Origin: Eubacteriales bacterium
GTDB lineage: Bacteria; Bacillota; Clostridia; Oscillospirales; QAKW01
DNA length: 38,977 bases
Direction of reading: 5' to 3'
Assembly: GCA_045576575.1 (NCBI GenBank)
Contig: JAZNGR010000062.1
Coordinates: 1-38,977 of the forward strand
Shown here one piece after another: positions 1-6,604 of this stretch. The first letter of the stretch is position 1. Each line of letters opens with the position of its first letter. The position numbers and the translations under genes are program-made. The notes beneath the pieces were generated by a model. The model saw nothing but the letters and a program-made list of their open reading frames with translations. It was not told where the DNA came from and made no database searches.

Positions 1-19
1 ACCGCTTGGCCTCCGACTT
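1..19. other. Sequencing adapter remnant (reverse complement of the start of the MGI/BGISEQ adapter), not biological sequence
   Basis: ACCGCTTGGCCTCCGACTT is the exact reverse complement of AAGTCGGAGGCCAAGCGGT, the first 19 nt of the MGI/BGISEQ adapter AAGTCGGAGGCCAAGCGGTCTTAGGAAGACAA. The forward copy sits at 38959-38977. Confidence 0.85.
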
Positions 20-62
20 GTTATTTTTTTCTCGGAAAATTCGGCCGGAGGGGTAGGGGGGG
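20..62. promoter_or_regulatory. Left genome terminus with cos-proximal elements (TTCGGCCGG at 40-48; GGGGTAGGGGGGG at 50-62)
   Basis: It directly abuts the adapter. The 9-mer TTCGGCCGG recurs at 38904-38912 near the right terminus. The G4/G7 tracts mirror the C10 tract at 38788-38797. Confidence 0.4.
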
Positions 63-67
63 TTAGT

Positions 68-454
68 TTAGCCCTCCCCATTTTCCCTGGCTTTAGCTAG
101 ATCTTTCAAATAGTCCTTGTCTATTCGTCCAGCGTCAGCCAATTTATGACATCTTCTGCATAAACATATTAGATTATAGTTGTCAAGTAGCTTCGTTGGT
201 TCGTTCTTTAGCTTCTCTATGTGATGGACTTCCAGCTGGTTGTAGTTGTAGATTCCCTTTTCAAGACAAGTAGCACATAAGTATTTACTATCTCGCTTGA
301 TCTGTTCGGCCTTCGTGTGCCATGCGTGAGTATTGCGAAGCTGGGCCTCTTGTCCTCCATACTTCGGCTTCCACACTCGACCGACGTTGCACTTATAATT
401 TGCTGGATGAATCTTGCCACACCTGCTGCACGCTCTGTACATAGTACACCCCAC
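68..454 (-). CDS. HNH endonuclease (terminase-associated type)
   Basis: It has Cys pairs CSRCGK and CATC plus the HNH core EVHHIEKL...NYNLICLCRRCH. It lies at the genome end, as in HK97-like cos phages. Codon 454 is GTG; the ATG at 442 preceded by GGTGGGG is a likely alternative start. Confidence 0.85.
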   Translation of the reverse strand: MGCTMYRACSRCGKIHPANYKCNVGRVWKPKYGGQEAQLRNTHAWHTKAEQIKRDSKYLCATCLEKGIYNYNQLEVHHIEKLKNEPTKLLDNYNLICLCRRCHKLADAGRIDKDYLKDLAKARENGEG

Positions 455-466
455 CGGTCATCCCGG

Positions 467-1114
467 TTATTTGACCCGGATTCGCTGGCCTGGATAAATC
501 AGATTTGGATTCTTAATCCCATTCCATTGTACAATCTGGTTCACCGTGGTGCCGTACCTCTTGGCGATGGTAGAGAGGTTATCACCACGCCGCACGGCAT
601 ACCACACGGCTTGAGATGATCCGCCTCCGACCTTTTGATTCACGATCGCCTGGATCGCGCTTGGGTCATAGCCAGCAGCAGCAAGCCGCTTCTTCCGGTC
701 ATCGCCGTTACCCCACTTGCCTGCTATCACTTCGTCTGCGATCTCTTCGTTACTCTTCTTGGCGTCGGCCACATGCTCTACGATCCGGACGCCGTTCAGG
801 GTCTCACCCCAGCCGTAGAACTTAATGCCGGCGGTAGATGTCAGGCGCTTGCCGTCGGAGTAGTAGGTGCCGTGGTCACATACGATCACATGCTCATAAG
901 GGCTGGATGTGTCAGTAAAGACTGGCACGGCGCAGTTAGTCGGCACACTTGAGATGTCATGCAGCGTCCCGGCGTTCCGGTTAGCTTCCATCGCTTCCTT
1001 CGCGCTTGCGTACTTTGAGCCGATCCCAAAAGCCAGCCGTACGTTCTGCAAACAATAGCCAGCCCTGGTTCCCATCCTGCTCAAGTTGAAAGGTTTAATC
1101 TGTTTCCACGCCAT
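467..1114 (-). CDS. Endolysin: N-terminal Cys/His peptidoglycan hydrolase domain, CW_7 (Cpl-7-like) motif and C-terminal LysM
   Basis: It follows the holin. The motif [28 protein letters not shown] matches the CW_7 repeat, and [43 protein letters not shown] is LysM. AGYCLQNV and HVIVCDHG suggest a papain-fold (CHAP/NlpC-like) amidase; that assignment is inference. Confidence 0.85.
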   Translation of the reverse strand: MAWKQIKPFNLSRMGTRAGYCLQNVRLAFGIGSKYASAKEAMEANRNAGTLHDISSVPTNCAVPVFTDTSSPYEHVIVCDHGTYYSDGKRLTSTAGIKFYGWGETLNGVRIVEHVADAKKSNEEIADEVIAGKWGNGDDRKKRLAAAGYDPSAIQAIVNQKVGGGSSQAVWYAVRRGDNLSTIAKRYGTTVNQIVQWNGIKNPNLIYPGQRIRVK

Positions 1115-1228
1115 CTATTCGTCCTCCTTTTTTTCTAAATCTTCATCCTGGATCTCACCGTTATGCTCTGCGATGTCAGCAAGTAACTGTTCCGGTGTGA
1201 TTTCTTCGACTTGTTTTTCTTCTGCCAT
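1115..1228 (-). CDS. Small acidic protein (37 aa) between holin and endolysin
   Basis: Hand translation gives MAEEKQVEEITPEQLLADIAEHNGEIQDEDLEKKEDE. A strong RBS precedes it (AAGGAGGATTAAACA-ATG). Its TAG stop abuts the endolysin ATG. It is below the ORF-track size cutoff. Confidence 0.55.
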   Translation of the reverse strand: MAEEKQVEEITPEQLLADIAEHNGEIQDEDLEKKEDE

Positions 1229-1242
1229 TGTTTAATCCTCCT

Positions 1243-1509
1243 TTACTTTTCCAATACATTTTTCACGCCACTGAATAGGCCGCAGGCGCTCAAGCCCAGG
1301 GCCACTCCAATCACGATTCCCTCGATCGGGTGGCACCCCTGATAGGCGACGTACACTAGGAGACCGGCCAAGAGGCCCAGCCCTAGATCTACCAGCGGGA
1401 TATATTTACTATCTAGGCCCAGTCTTTTGACCACTTCGGCAAGCGCTACTATAAGCGCCACCTGGGCGACTGGAGTGACCAGATAGGTAATTAAATTCAC
1501 CGTGTCCAT
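1243..1509 (-). CDS. Holin (A118/SPP1-type small multi-TM protein)
   Basis: It is 88 aa with hydrophobic helices (VAQVALIVALAEVV, LGLGLLAGLLVYVAY, IVIGVALGLSACGLF). The RBS is AAGGAGG. It lies immediately upstream of the endolysin. Confidence 0.8.
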   Translation of the reverse strand: MDTVNLITYLVTPVAQVALIVALAEVVKRLGLDSKYIPLVDLGLGLLAGLLVYVAYQGCHPIEGIVIGVALGLSACGLFSGVKNVLEK

Positions 1510-1529
1510 GCTTTTTCCTCCTTAGTTAA

Positions 1530-1538
1530 ATTATACCA
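1530..1538 (-). promoter_or_regulatory. Extended -10 promoter (TGGTATAAT) for the lysis cassette
   Basis: The minus strand reads TGGTATAAT about 20 nt upstream of the holin RBS and just downstream of a terminator hairpin. Confidence 0.55.
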
Positions 1539-1544
1539 TAATAA

Positions 1545-1568
1545 CAAAAAGCCCCATCATACCGGGCT
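1545..1568 (-). terminator. Rho-independent terminator-like hairpin
   Basis: The minus strand reads AGCCC-GGTATGATG-GGGCT followed by TTTTT. Confidence 0.5.
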
Positions 1569-1591
1569 TTGTGCTTAGTCTATGCTATTTG

Positions 1592-1600
1592 TGATATAAT
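1592..1600 (+). promoter_or_regulatory. Extended -10 promoter-like element (TGATATAAT) on plus strand, opposing the main transcription direction
   Basis: It is an exact TGnTATAAT. The downstream sequence AAAAGCAGG resembles the start of candidate sRNA D (GAAAGCAGC). Confidence 0.4.
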
Positions 1601-1687
1601 AAAAGCAGGTTTGGACAAAACCTTTTACCTTTTCGTTTTGGAGCCGCCGCAGTTAATAACTTTCCCGCAGCGGTTCCATCTTTTGTG

Positions 1688-1696
1688 TGGTATAAT
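1688..1696 (+). promoter_or_regulatory. Extended -10 promoter-like element (TGGTATAAT) on plus strand
   Basis: It is an exact TGGTATAAT, followed about 28 nt later by the hairpin at 1724-1745. Confidence 0.4.
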
Positions 1697-1713
1697 AGAC
1701 TTGTCAATAACTC

Positions 1714-1750
1714 CAAACAAAAAGCCACCCCATCATTGAGGTGGCTTTTC
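1714..1750 (-). terminator. Terminator (bidirectional hairpin) after gene 1758..2072
   Basis: The stem is GCCACC (1724-1729) / GGTGGC (1740-1745). The minus strand reads GCCACC-TCAATGATGG-GGTGGC followed by TTTTTGTTT. Confidence 0.65.
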
Positions 1751-1757
1751 TGGCGCG

Positions 1758-2072
1758 CTATTCTTCGGAATCTGCGGCTTCTTGTTCCGCCTTGCGTAAT
1801 TCCCAGGCCTTGTCCTTCACCGCCTGCTCCAGGATGGTGCAGGCGCGCACGACCTCTTCGTCTCCATCCTTCTCGGCGTAAACTAGCTTGTAGTGGCCGA
1901 TGGCGAGTTCCAGATCTCGGAGCCTGTCTCTATCTGTCCGGTACCTGGCGCCAAACTTCGAGCGGTACCGTTTAGAGCAATAATTCATATACTCGATCGC
2001 CAGTTCCTTGTTGGCGAAGCGGGCCAGCGGTCTATAATTTCCCTTTGCCCAGCTTGTTACTTCAAAATCCAT
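1758..2072 (-). CDS. Hypothetical protein (104 aa)
   Basis: It is an ORF with the RBS AACGAAAGGTAAAAAC-ATG, plausible protein composition and its own terminator. Confidence 0.7.
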   Translation of the reverse strand: MDFEVTSWAKGNYRPLARFANKELAIEYMNYCSKRYRSKFGARYRTDRDRLRDLELAIGHYKLVYAEKDGDEEVVRACTILEQAVKDKAWELRKAEQEAADSEE

Positions 2073-2173
2073 GTTTTTACCTTTCGTTTAATTCTTTTAT
2101 ATGTATGACCCCCTCATTCATTTCATGGCATAGTCTGGCCCTCCATAGTTAATCCATCAAGTCTGTTAATTCG

Positions 2174-2377
2174 CTATTCGAGGGGAATCTCCTCCGCTAA
2201 GGCTTCGGCCCGTTTTAAATGTGTATTCATTTCATCTAAGTATTCTCGATAATCTTTTATCTGGATTGACTTTGACAGCCAATTGCCATTGAACTTTTCT
2301 GCAATACTCTTCACTATGGCCACATGTTCGAGGGCTATTAATGTCAATTCATCATTACTTACTAGGTGTTCTTTCAT
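2174..2377 (-). CDS. Hypothetical protein (67 aa)
   Basis: It is an ORF with the RBS AACGAAAGGTAAGAA-ATG, directly downstream of the consensus promoter at 2407-2435. Confidence 0.65.
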   Translation of the reverse strand: MKEHLVSNDELTLIALEHVAIVKSIAEKFNGNWLSKSIQIKDYREYLDEMNTHLKRAEALAEEIPLE

Positions 2378-2406
2378 TTCTTACCTTTCGTTTATCTTAT
2401 AATTCC

Positions 2407-2435
2407 ATTATATTCCAAAAGGTATTAAATGTCAA
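2407..2435 (-). promoter_or_regulatory. Consensus SigA-type promoter TTGACA-N17-TATAAT
   Basis: The minus strand has TTGACA (plus-strand tgtcaa 2430-2435), a 17-nt spacer and TATAAT (plus-strand attata 2407-2412). It is about 30 nt upstream of the start at 2377. Confidence 0.7.
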
Positions 2436-2460
2436 TACTTTTATAGGACTTTTTTACCAT

Positions 2461-2560
2461 TTTTTCGCGAGTTTTCCACAGAATCACATTTTTCGCAGAT
2501 TTTTCGCACGACTTTTCCACACTTTTTGCAGATTTTTCCCGCGAAAATCCTGAAAAATAC
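2461..2560. promoter_or_regulatory. DnaA-box-like / phased T-tract array upstream of the promoter
   Basis: Exact TTTTCCACA occurs at 2472-2480 and 2513-2521, fitting the relaxed DnaA box TTWTNCACA. T5 tracts start at 2461, 2489, 2500, 2523 and 2533, mostly 10-13 bp apart. Confidence 0.5.
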
Positions 2561-2607
2561 CTATTTTTTGGGAATAGAATCCCGAAAAGTTGCTCTTTTT
2601 TGGGATT

Positions 2608-2847
2608 TTAGGCTTTATCACCGGTGTTGTTTTCGTCAGTTTTGGCCTGCTTGGCCAGCTCGTCCATGAGTAGTGACCGGCTTTCTTTGATTTCGGCCAT
2701 GAGATCCTCTTTAGTGGTGCGGAGATCTGTTTTCATATCTGTCACAGTGCTTTTCTGGCTGTTCCCTGATATTGTCGAGACTACGATGTAGTTAATCGCG
2801 GCCTGGGCGATCTCGGCCCAGATTTGCCCCTGGTTAATAGTTACCAC
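2608..2847 (-). CDS. Hypothetical protein (79 aa)
   Basis: It is the ORF immediately after the DnaC-like gene (9-nt gap), with a hydrophobic N-terminal segment and a charged C-terminus. Confidence 0.65.
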   Translation of the reverse strand: MVTINQGQIWAEIAQAAINYIVVSTISGNSQKSTVTDMKTDLRTTKEDLMAEIKESRSLLMDELAKQAKTDENNTGDKA

Positions 2848-2855
2848 CTCTTCTT

Positions 2856-3692
2856 CTAGTTTAGGCCCAGCATGGCCTTCATGTCGGCATATTCGTCATT
2901 TATATTTTTTCGGCGGTGCGATTTGCCCTTTACCTCGATCGGAAAGCACTTTTCCAGCAACCGGTCATAGATCCGGTTATCTGACATGTTTGGCGGGTTT
3001 TTGATCGCCCCCAGGGTCAAGTTTGTGGTGATAATCATAGGGAGGCCGGAGCGGTACCTGGCGTCCACCACGTTAAACACGATCTCCTGCATGTACTCGG
3101 TCTTGCGCTCCGCTGCCAGATCGTCGATCACCAGCAGGTCAAACTTGTTCAAGTTGTCGAGGTATTCCTGCCGGCCCTCGAAGGTCTCTTGCATTTTATT
3201 CGCGATCCGGGCGAAGTTAGTCATCATCACCGGGATGGCCTGATCGACCAGCGCGTTGGCGATCGCCGCCGCCACATACGTTTTACCGGTTCCCACATTC
3301 CCATATAGGAGAAGGCCTTTGCCGCCCTCTTTGAAGGTCTTGAAGTTATCTACATAATTCCTGGCCGCTTGCATTACCTTTGGATGGCTGCCATCGTCAT
3401 TGTAAAACGTCCAGGTGGTGAGCTGGCTATCTGGGAATCCAGTGCGCCTCATCCGCTCGATTTTGCGCAAGCGTTCGTCATTTTTGCGGGCCGCCTCTTC
3501 GGCTTCCAGAGCTTGCTTTTGACATTCGCATATACACCGCACTTTGCGCTCTTTGTCCATGAAGGTGACTATCGTTTCGCGCTTTCCATCGCACTTTTTA
3601 CACCGGAGGAGGCCATCGTCGCCCTTGTAGGTTTCTTCGGTTGGCTCCGGTACGTTCGTACTGATTTTAGTAATCATTTCGTCAAAATCCAT
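2856..3692 (-). CDS. DnaC/IstB-like AAA+ helicase loader with N-terminal zinc-ribbon
   Basis: Walker A is LLLYGNVGTGKTY and Walker B is DLLVIDDL. The N-terminal motif is CKKCDGK...CICEC. It sits next to the replication initiator. Confidence 0.85.
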   Translation of the reverse strand: MDFDEMITKISTNVPEPTEETYKGDDGLLRCKKCDGKRETIVTFMDKERKVRCICECQKQALEAEEAARKNDERLRKIERMRRTGFPDSQLTTWTFYNDDGSHPKVMQAARNYVDNFKTFKEGGKGLLLYGNVGTGKTYVAAAIANALVDQAIPVMMTNFARIANKMQETFEGRQEYLDNLNKFDLLVIDDLAAERKTEYMQEIVFNVVDARYRSGLPMIITTNLTLGAIKNPPNMSDNRIYDRLLEKCFPIEVKGKSHRRKNINDEYADMKAMLGLN

Positions 3693-3706
3693 GGCTTCCT
3701 CCTCTG

Positions 3707-4378
3707 TTAAAATGGTAGATCGCCCGCGGTGCTTAATTTTATGTACTCTTCCTCATCCGGCGCCATTTTGGGCTTTCTTTTCGCCGCGTCTCGCCTCGCC
3801 CAGTTTCGGATCGTGGCCAGATAGTTTTTGTACTTCTTGCCGGTGCTTTCACAATAGGCCGACACTTCCTCTATTCTGGCCGCCCAGTCATTGGGGAACT
3901 CATCCTTTAGCTTGGCAAGCTGGTCATCGGCGAGTAGTACATTTTTATATTCGCCATACCTAGCGCGCGTTCCTTTTTTATTTTCTTTATTATCTTCTTC
4001 TTTATATATATCTTTATTATTAGGTAAACTTTGTTTACCACCCCCCATTAAACTTTGTTTACCACCCTGGTCAACTTTGTTTACCACCCCATTAAACTTT
4101 GTTGCATAGTATTCACAAAACTTCACCCCGTTTACCACCTTGTCGCGCTTTTCGATGAGACCCTTTTCCATCAAGCCCTTTAGGTTTTTGATCACGCCCT
4201 GCTTGGTCGAGTTCGTCCACTCGGCCAGGTACCGGAGGCTTCCGTCGTAAACTTGGCCCTCCACTTGACTGAATCCGTAGATCACGGCATAAACCAGCAG
4301 CTCATTCCCTTTTAGGCCCAGCTCGGTCAACATCCAGCCCTGGATTATAGTGTAGTTCGTGTCTTTTAATAAGCTCAT
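3707..4378 (-). CDS. Replication initiator / replisome organizer (winged-helix N-terminus, DnaD-like C-terminus)
   Basis: The N-terminus LLVYAVIYGFSQ...GSLRYLAEWTNSTKQGVIKNLKGLMEKGLI is HTH-like. The C-terminus KYKNYLATIRNWARRD resembles the DnaD/DnaB_2 motif. The gene contains DNA iterons. Confidence 0.8.
   Translation of the reverse strand: MSLLKDTNYTIIQGWMLTELGLKGNELLVYAVIYGFSQVEGQVYDGSLRYLAEWTNSTKQGVIKNLKGLMEKGLIEKRDKVVNGVKFCEYYATKFNGVVNKVDQGGKQSLMGGGKQSLPNNKDIYKEEDNKENKKGTRARYGEYKNVLLADDQLAKLKDEFPNDWAARIEEVSAYCESTGKKYKNYLATIRNWARRDAAKRKPKMAPDEEEYIKLSTAGDLPF
4026..4139. repeat. Iteron array (putative phage origin of replication) inside the initiator gene
   Basis: AAACTTTGTTTACCACCC(C) occurs at 4026-4044, 4050-4067 and 4073-4090. 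Partial copies lie at 4094-4103 and 4130-4139. The period is 22-24 bp. An AT-rich stretch at 3966-4025 adjoins the array. Confidence 0.7.
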
Positions 4379-4411
4379 TCTTGGTGTATTCCTTTTCGTT
4401 AGTCGTTATTA

Positions 4412-4789
4412 TTAAAATGGGAAGGCGTCGTCGCCAGGCGCTTCGGCAGCGTCGGCGTCGGTGATGTCGCGATCATCGCGCGGCACGAAGTCCACCGTGG
4501 CCGCATGTACTTCATAGACCTTCTTGGCCTTGCCGTCGCTCTCGATGAGCGTGTGGGTCTGCAAGCTGCCAGTTAGTGAGATCGGCGCGCCTTTCTTAAA
4601 CCACTTGTTTACAAACTCGGCCGTTTTACTCCATGCGATGATGTCGATGAAAAACACCTCTTTATCACGACTGGCCGGGTTTATCTTCTCATTTGCGATC
4701 GTAAACCGGCACACGCTGGTTCCGGAGGGCGTGGCGCGAAGGTCTGGATCTCGCACCAGCCGCCCTATCAGTGATATGCTATTTAGCAT
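4412..4789 (-). CDS. ssb: Single-stranded DNA-binding protein
   Basis: It has an OB-fold N-terminus (MLNSISLIGRLVRDPDLR) and the acidic tail DDAFPF. The start at 4789 has the RBS AAAGGAGAAAACA-ATG; the longer track ORF (to 4873) overlaps the ERF gene. Confidence 0.9.
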   Translation of the reverse strand: MLNSISLIGRLVRDPDLRATPSGTSVCRFTIANEKINPASRDKEVFFIDIIAWSKTAEFVNKWFKKGAPISLTGSLQTHTLIESDGKAKKVYEVHAATVDFVPRDDRDITDADAAEAPGDDAFPF

Positions 4790-5327
4790 TGTTTTCTCCT
4801 TTCTTCTCTTTAGTTTTAACACCGCACTCATAGCAGAGCGCTTTTCCGTATGTTTTCCTGGTGCCATAGACAATCTGGCTGCCGGTCATGCCACCATGAC
4901 CTTCTATAACGCTTTTACAGGCCTCGCAGCGCTCGACGTTGGTTACATCGGCGTCTTTGGTGTCGTCAATCGCCAGGAGGCCGTTTAACGCGTATTTCCG
5001 GGCATAGCTGGAGGCGGAGCCGGTGACTTGACTCGCGTCCATTCCTTTTTTCGCGTCATCCTCTCTAGCGAAGGCCGAGACCGAATAGGCGGAGCTGGGA
5101 GCCTCGGCGTCCACAAAACTGGCCGTGGCCACGATGTAGTAGCGCTCGCCCACCTGCCGCACGTCATCGGTCAAATGTATAAATCCTTTATGTTTCGCCA
5201 GCAGGGGCTTCACCGCGCCCAGGATGTCCTCGCAAGATCTGAATTTGTAACCGCCGAACTTATTTAACTGACCCTTTGGCACATCTAACTCGGTTTGAAT
5301 TGACTGTAATTTTCCGGCCGTGTTCAA
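4779..5327 (-). CDS. ERF-family single-strand annealing recombinase with C-terminal zinc ribbon
   Basis: ERF-like motifs include NKFGGYKFRSCEDILGAVKPLL and GSASSYARKYALNGLL. The C-terminal zinc ribbon is CEACK...CYECG. The start codon is TTG. Confidence 0.8.
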   Translation of the reverse strand: MNTAGKLQSIQTELDVPKGQLNKFGGYKFRSCEDILGAVKPLLAKHKGFIHLTDDVRQVGERYYIVATASFVDAEAPSSAYSVSAFAREDDAKKGMDASQVTGSASSYARKYALNGLLAIDDTKDADVTNVERCEACKSVIEGHGGMTGSQIVYGTRKTYGKALCYECGVKTKEKKGENNAK

Positions 5328-5329
5328 TT

Positions 5330-5497
5330 TTATGATTCTCCTTTGAGTTTTGTGATTTCTTCTTCTGCGTTTTCCAGCTTCTTTGTCAAGCGTTCTACGT
5401 CGTACCGCGCCATAGATAGGTCGCTTTTGCGTTGAGCAAGGGTAGCTCCCAGGGCGGCCAGCACCTCCATATATTCCTCATGAGTTCCTTCTTTCAT
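5330..5497 (-). CDS. Small coiled-coil protein (55 aa)
   Basis: Hand translation gives MKEGTHEEYMEVLAALGATLAQRKSDLSMARYDVERLTKKLENAEEEITKLKGES. The RBS is AAGGGGGAAAAACT-ATG. Its stop lies 2 nt before the ERF start. It is below the ORF-track cutoff. Confidence 0.6.
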   Translation of the reverse strand: MKEGTHEEYMEVLAALGATLAQRKSDLSMARYDVERLTKKLENAEEEITKLKGES

Positions 5498-5577
5498 AGT
5501 TTTTCCCCCTTACGATTCGGTTTACTATCTCGCCCCATACGCTAGAAAGGTCAACATCGCCCTCTCTTAAAAAGGTC

Positions 5578-5805
5578 TTATACTCTCGCTGGTTCTTCGA
5601 GTTCGTCATTTATCAGATCCCACATTTCCTCGCTTGATATGTTAAACGTCCGCTGCACTTTACTCCAAAAGGTGATGTTGCCGTCTCCCTGGCCGTTCTC
5701 GATCTTTGCATAAGCCTGGCGGCTCATGGTGAGCTTGCGCGCCATTTCTTCCTGTGTTAGGCCGTACCTCACACGGATGATTTTTAGTGATTTGTTTTCT
5801 TTCAT
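5578..5805 (-). CDS. Cro-like XRE-family HTH regulator
   Basis: The HTH is LTQEEMARKLTMSRQAYAKIENG. It belongs to the leftward early operon, divergent from the CI-like gene. Confidence 0.8.
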   Translation of the reverse strand: MKENKSLKIIRVRYGLTQEEMARKLTMSRQAYAKIENGQGDGNITFWSKVQRTFNISSEEMWDLINDELEEPARV

Positions 5806-5813
5806 TCCCCTGT

Positions 5814-6005
5814 TTATCTCCTTTCCGGGCGGTAGCCCTTTCTTACTAGCCGCGCGTATTCCCTGGCGGCTGCTTGCATTTCTTGAGGTGTTCCTTCAAA
5901 CACCATGATCTTGTAAAGCTTCCTTTTGCTATCGGGTAAAGCCCGGATGTAGTCTAGTTGTTGTCTTGATGTTATTCGGCGCACCCCTTTCGTGTGTTGC
6001 GTCAT
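5814..6005 (-). CDS. Hypothetical early protein (63 aa)
   Basis: It is the first ORF after the leftward early promoter. The RBS is weak, so confidence is moderate. Confidence 0.55.
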   Translation of the reverse strand: MTQHTKGVRRITSRQQLDYIRALPDSKRKLYKIMVFEGTPQEMQAAAREYARLVRKGYRPERR

Positions 6006-6162
6006 CTTGTCACAACTTCATTATACAAAAAATGTAAATAAAAGCAAGCATTTTGTTATTTTAATTTTGCAAATACTTTTCCACATGTTGCACTTTGTCG
6101 CGAATATGTGCTAATATAATTTTCGACCGCAAGGCATACCGAGCGGCTGAGGAGGTGCTTTA
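6006..6162. promoter_or_regulatory. Lysogeny/lysis switch region with divergent promoters
   Basis: The minus strand has TTGCTT-N16-TATAAT (plus coordinates 6020-6047). The plus strand has TTGCAC-N18-TAATAT (6088-6117). One TTTTCCACA lies at 6077-6085, next to ATGTTGCAC at 6085-6093. Confidence 0.6.
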
Positions 6163-6486
6163 ATGAGTGACTCGATAGGAAGCAAGTTAAAATCTCTGCG
6201 TAAGGCGCAGGGATATTCCCAGCAGTTTGTCGCCGACCGCGTCGGCATGAAAAGATCCACAATCAGTAACTATGAGATAGATCGTCGCCTTCCCTCCCTG
6301 ACTGACCTCAAACGGATTGCCGACTTCTATGACGTAGGGCTTGATTATTTTGATCTATCTTCGGTGGATAACATCGGTGACTTGCTGGCTCGCGCCAGGG
6401 ATATTTTTACCAGCGCCGAAGTGGCGCAAAAAACAAAAGACGACCTCTACAAAGAGATCGCAAGGTTGTATTTCAAATTAAAGTAA
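6163..6486 (+). CDS. CI-like XRE-family repressor (HTH only, no S24 peptidase domain)
   Basis: The HTH is YSQQFVADRVGMKRSTISNYEIDRR. The RBS is GAGGAGG. It is divergent from the cro-like operon and lies upstream of the integrase. Confidence 0.8.
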   Translation: MSDSIGSKLKSLRKAQGYSQQFVADRVGMKRSTISNYEIDRRLPSLTDLKRIADFYDVGLDYFDLSSVDNIGDLLARARDIFTSAEVAQKTKDDLYKEIARLYFKLK

Positions 6487-6604
6487 TTGTTTTACTGTGC
6501 TTTCGGCTAATACAAAATGTAGCTTTTGTTATATCTTTTGAAGCAACCATAAAGCAACCGACCCCTGTAAATTGGGGCTAAAATGTTATATCTTGAAGTA
6601 AAGG

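Noticed and set aside
4026-4139. Regularly spaced direct repeats that might be mistaken for a mini-CRISPR array
   Set aside because: The repeats are 18-19 bp with only 4-6-bp spacers and lie inside the initiator ORF. There are no cas genes and no leader. This is a classic iteron architecture.
6056-6262. 68-aa minus-strand ORF across the CI/Cro switch and the 5' end of the repressor gene
   Set aside because: It overlaps the well-supported HTH repressor gene and both promoters. It has no RBS and a non-protein-like sequence.
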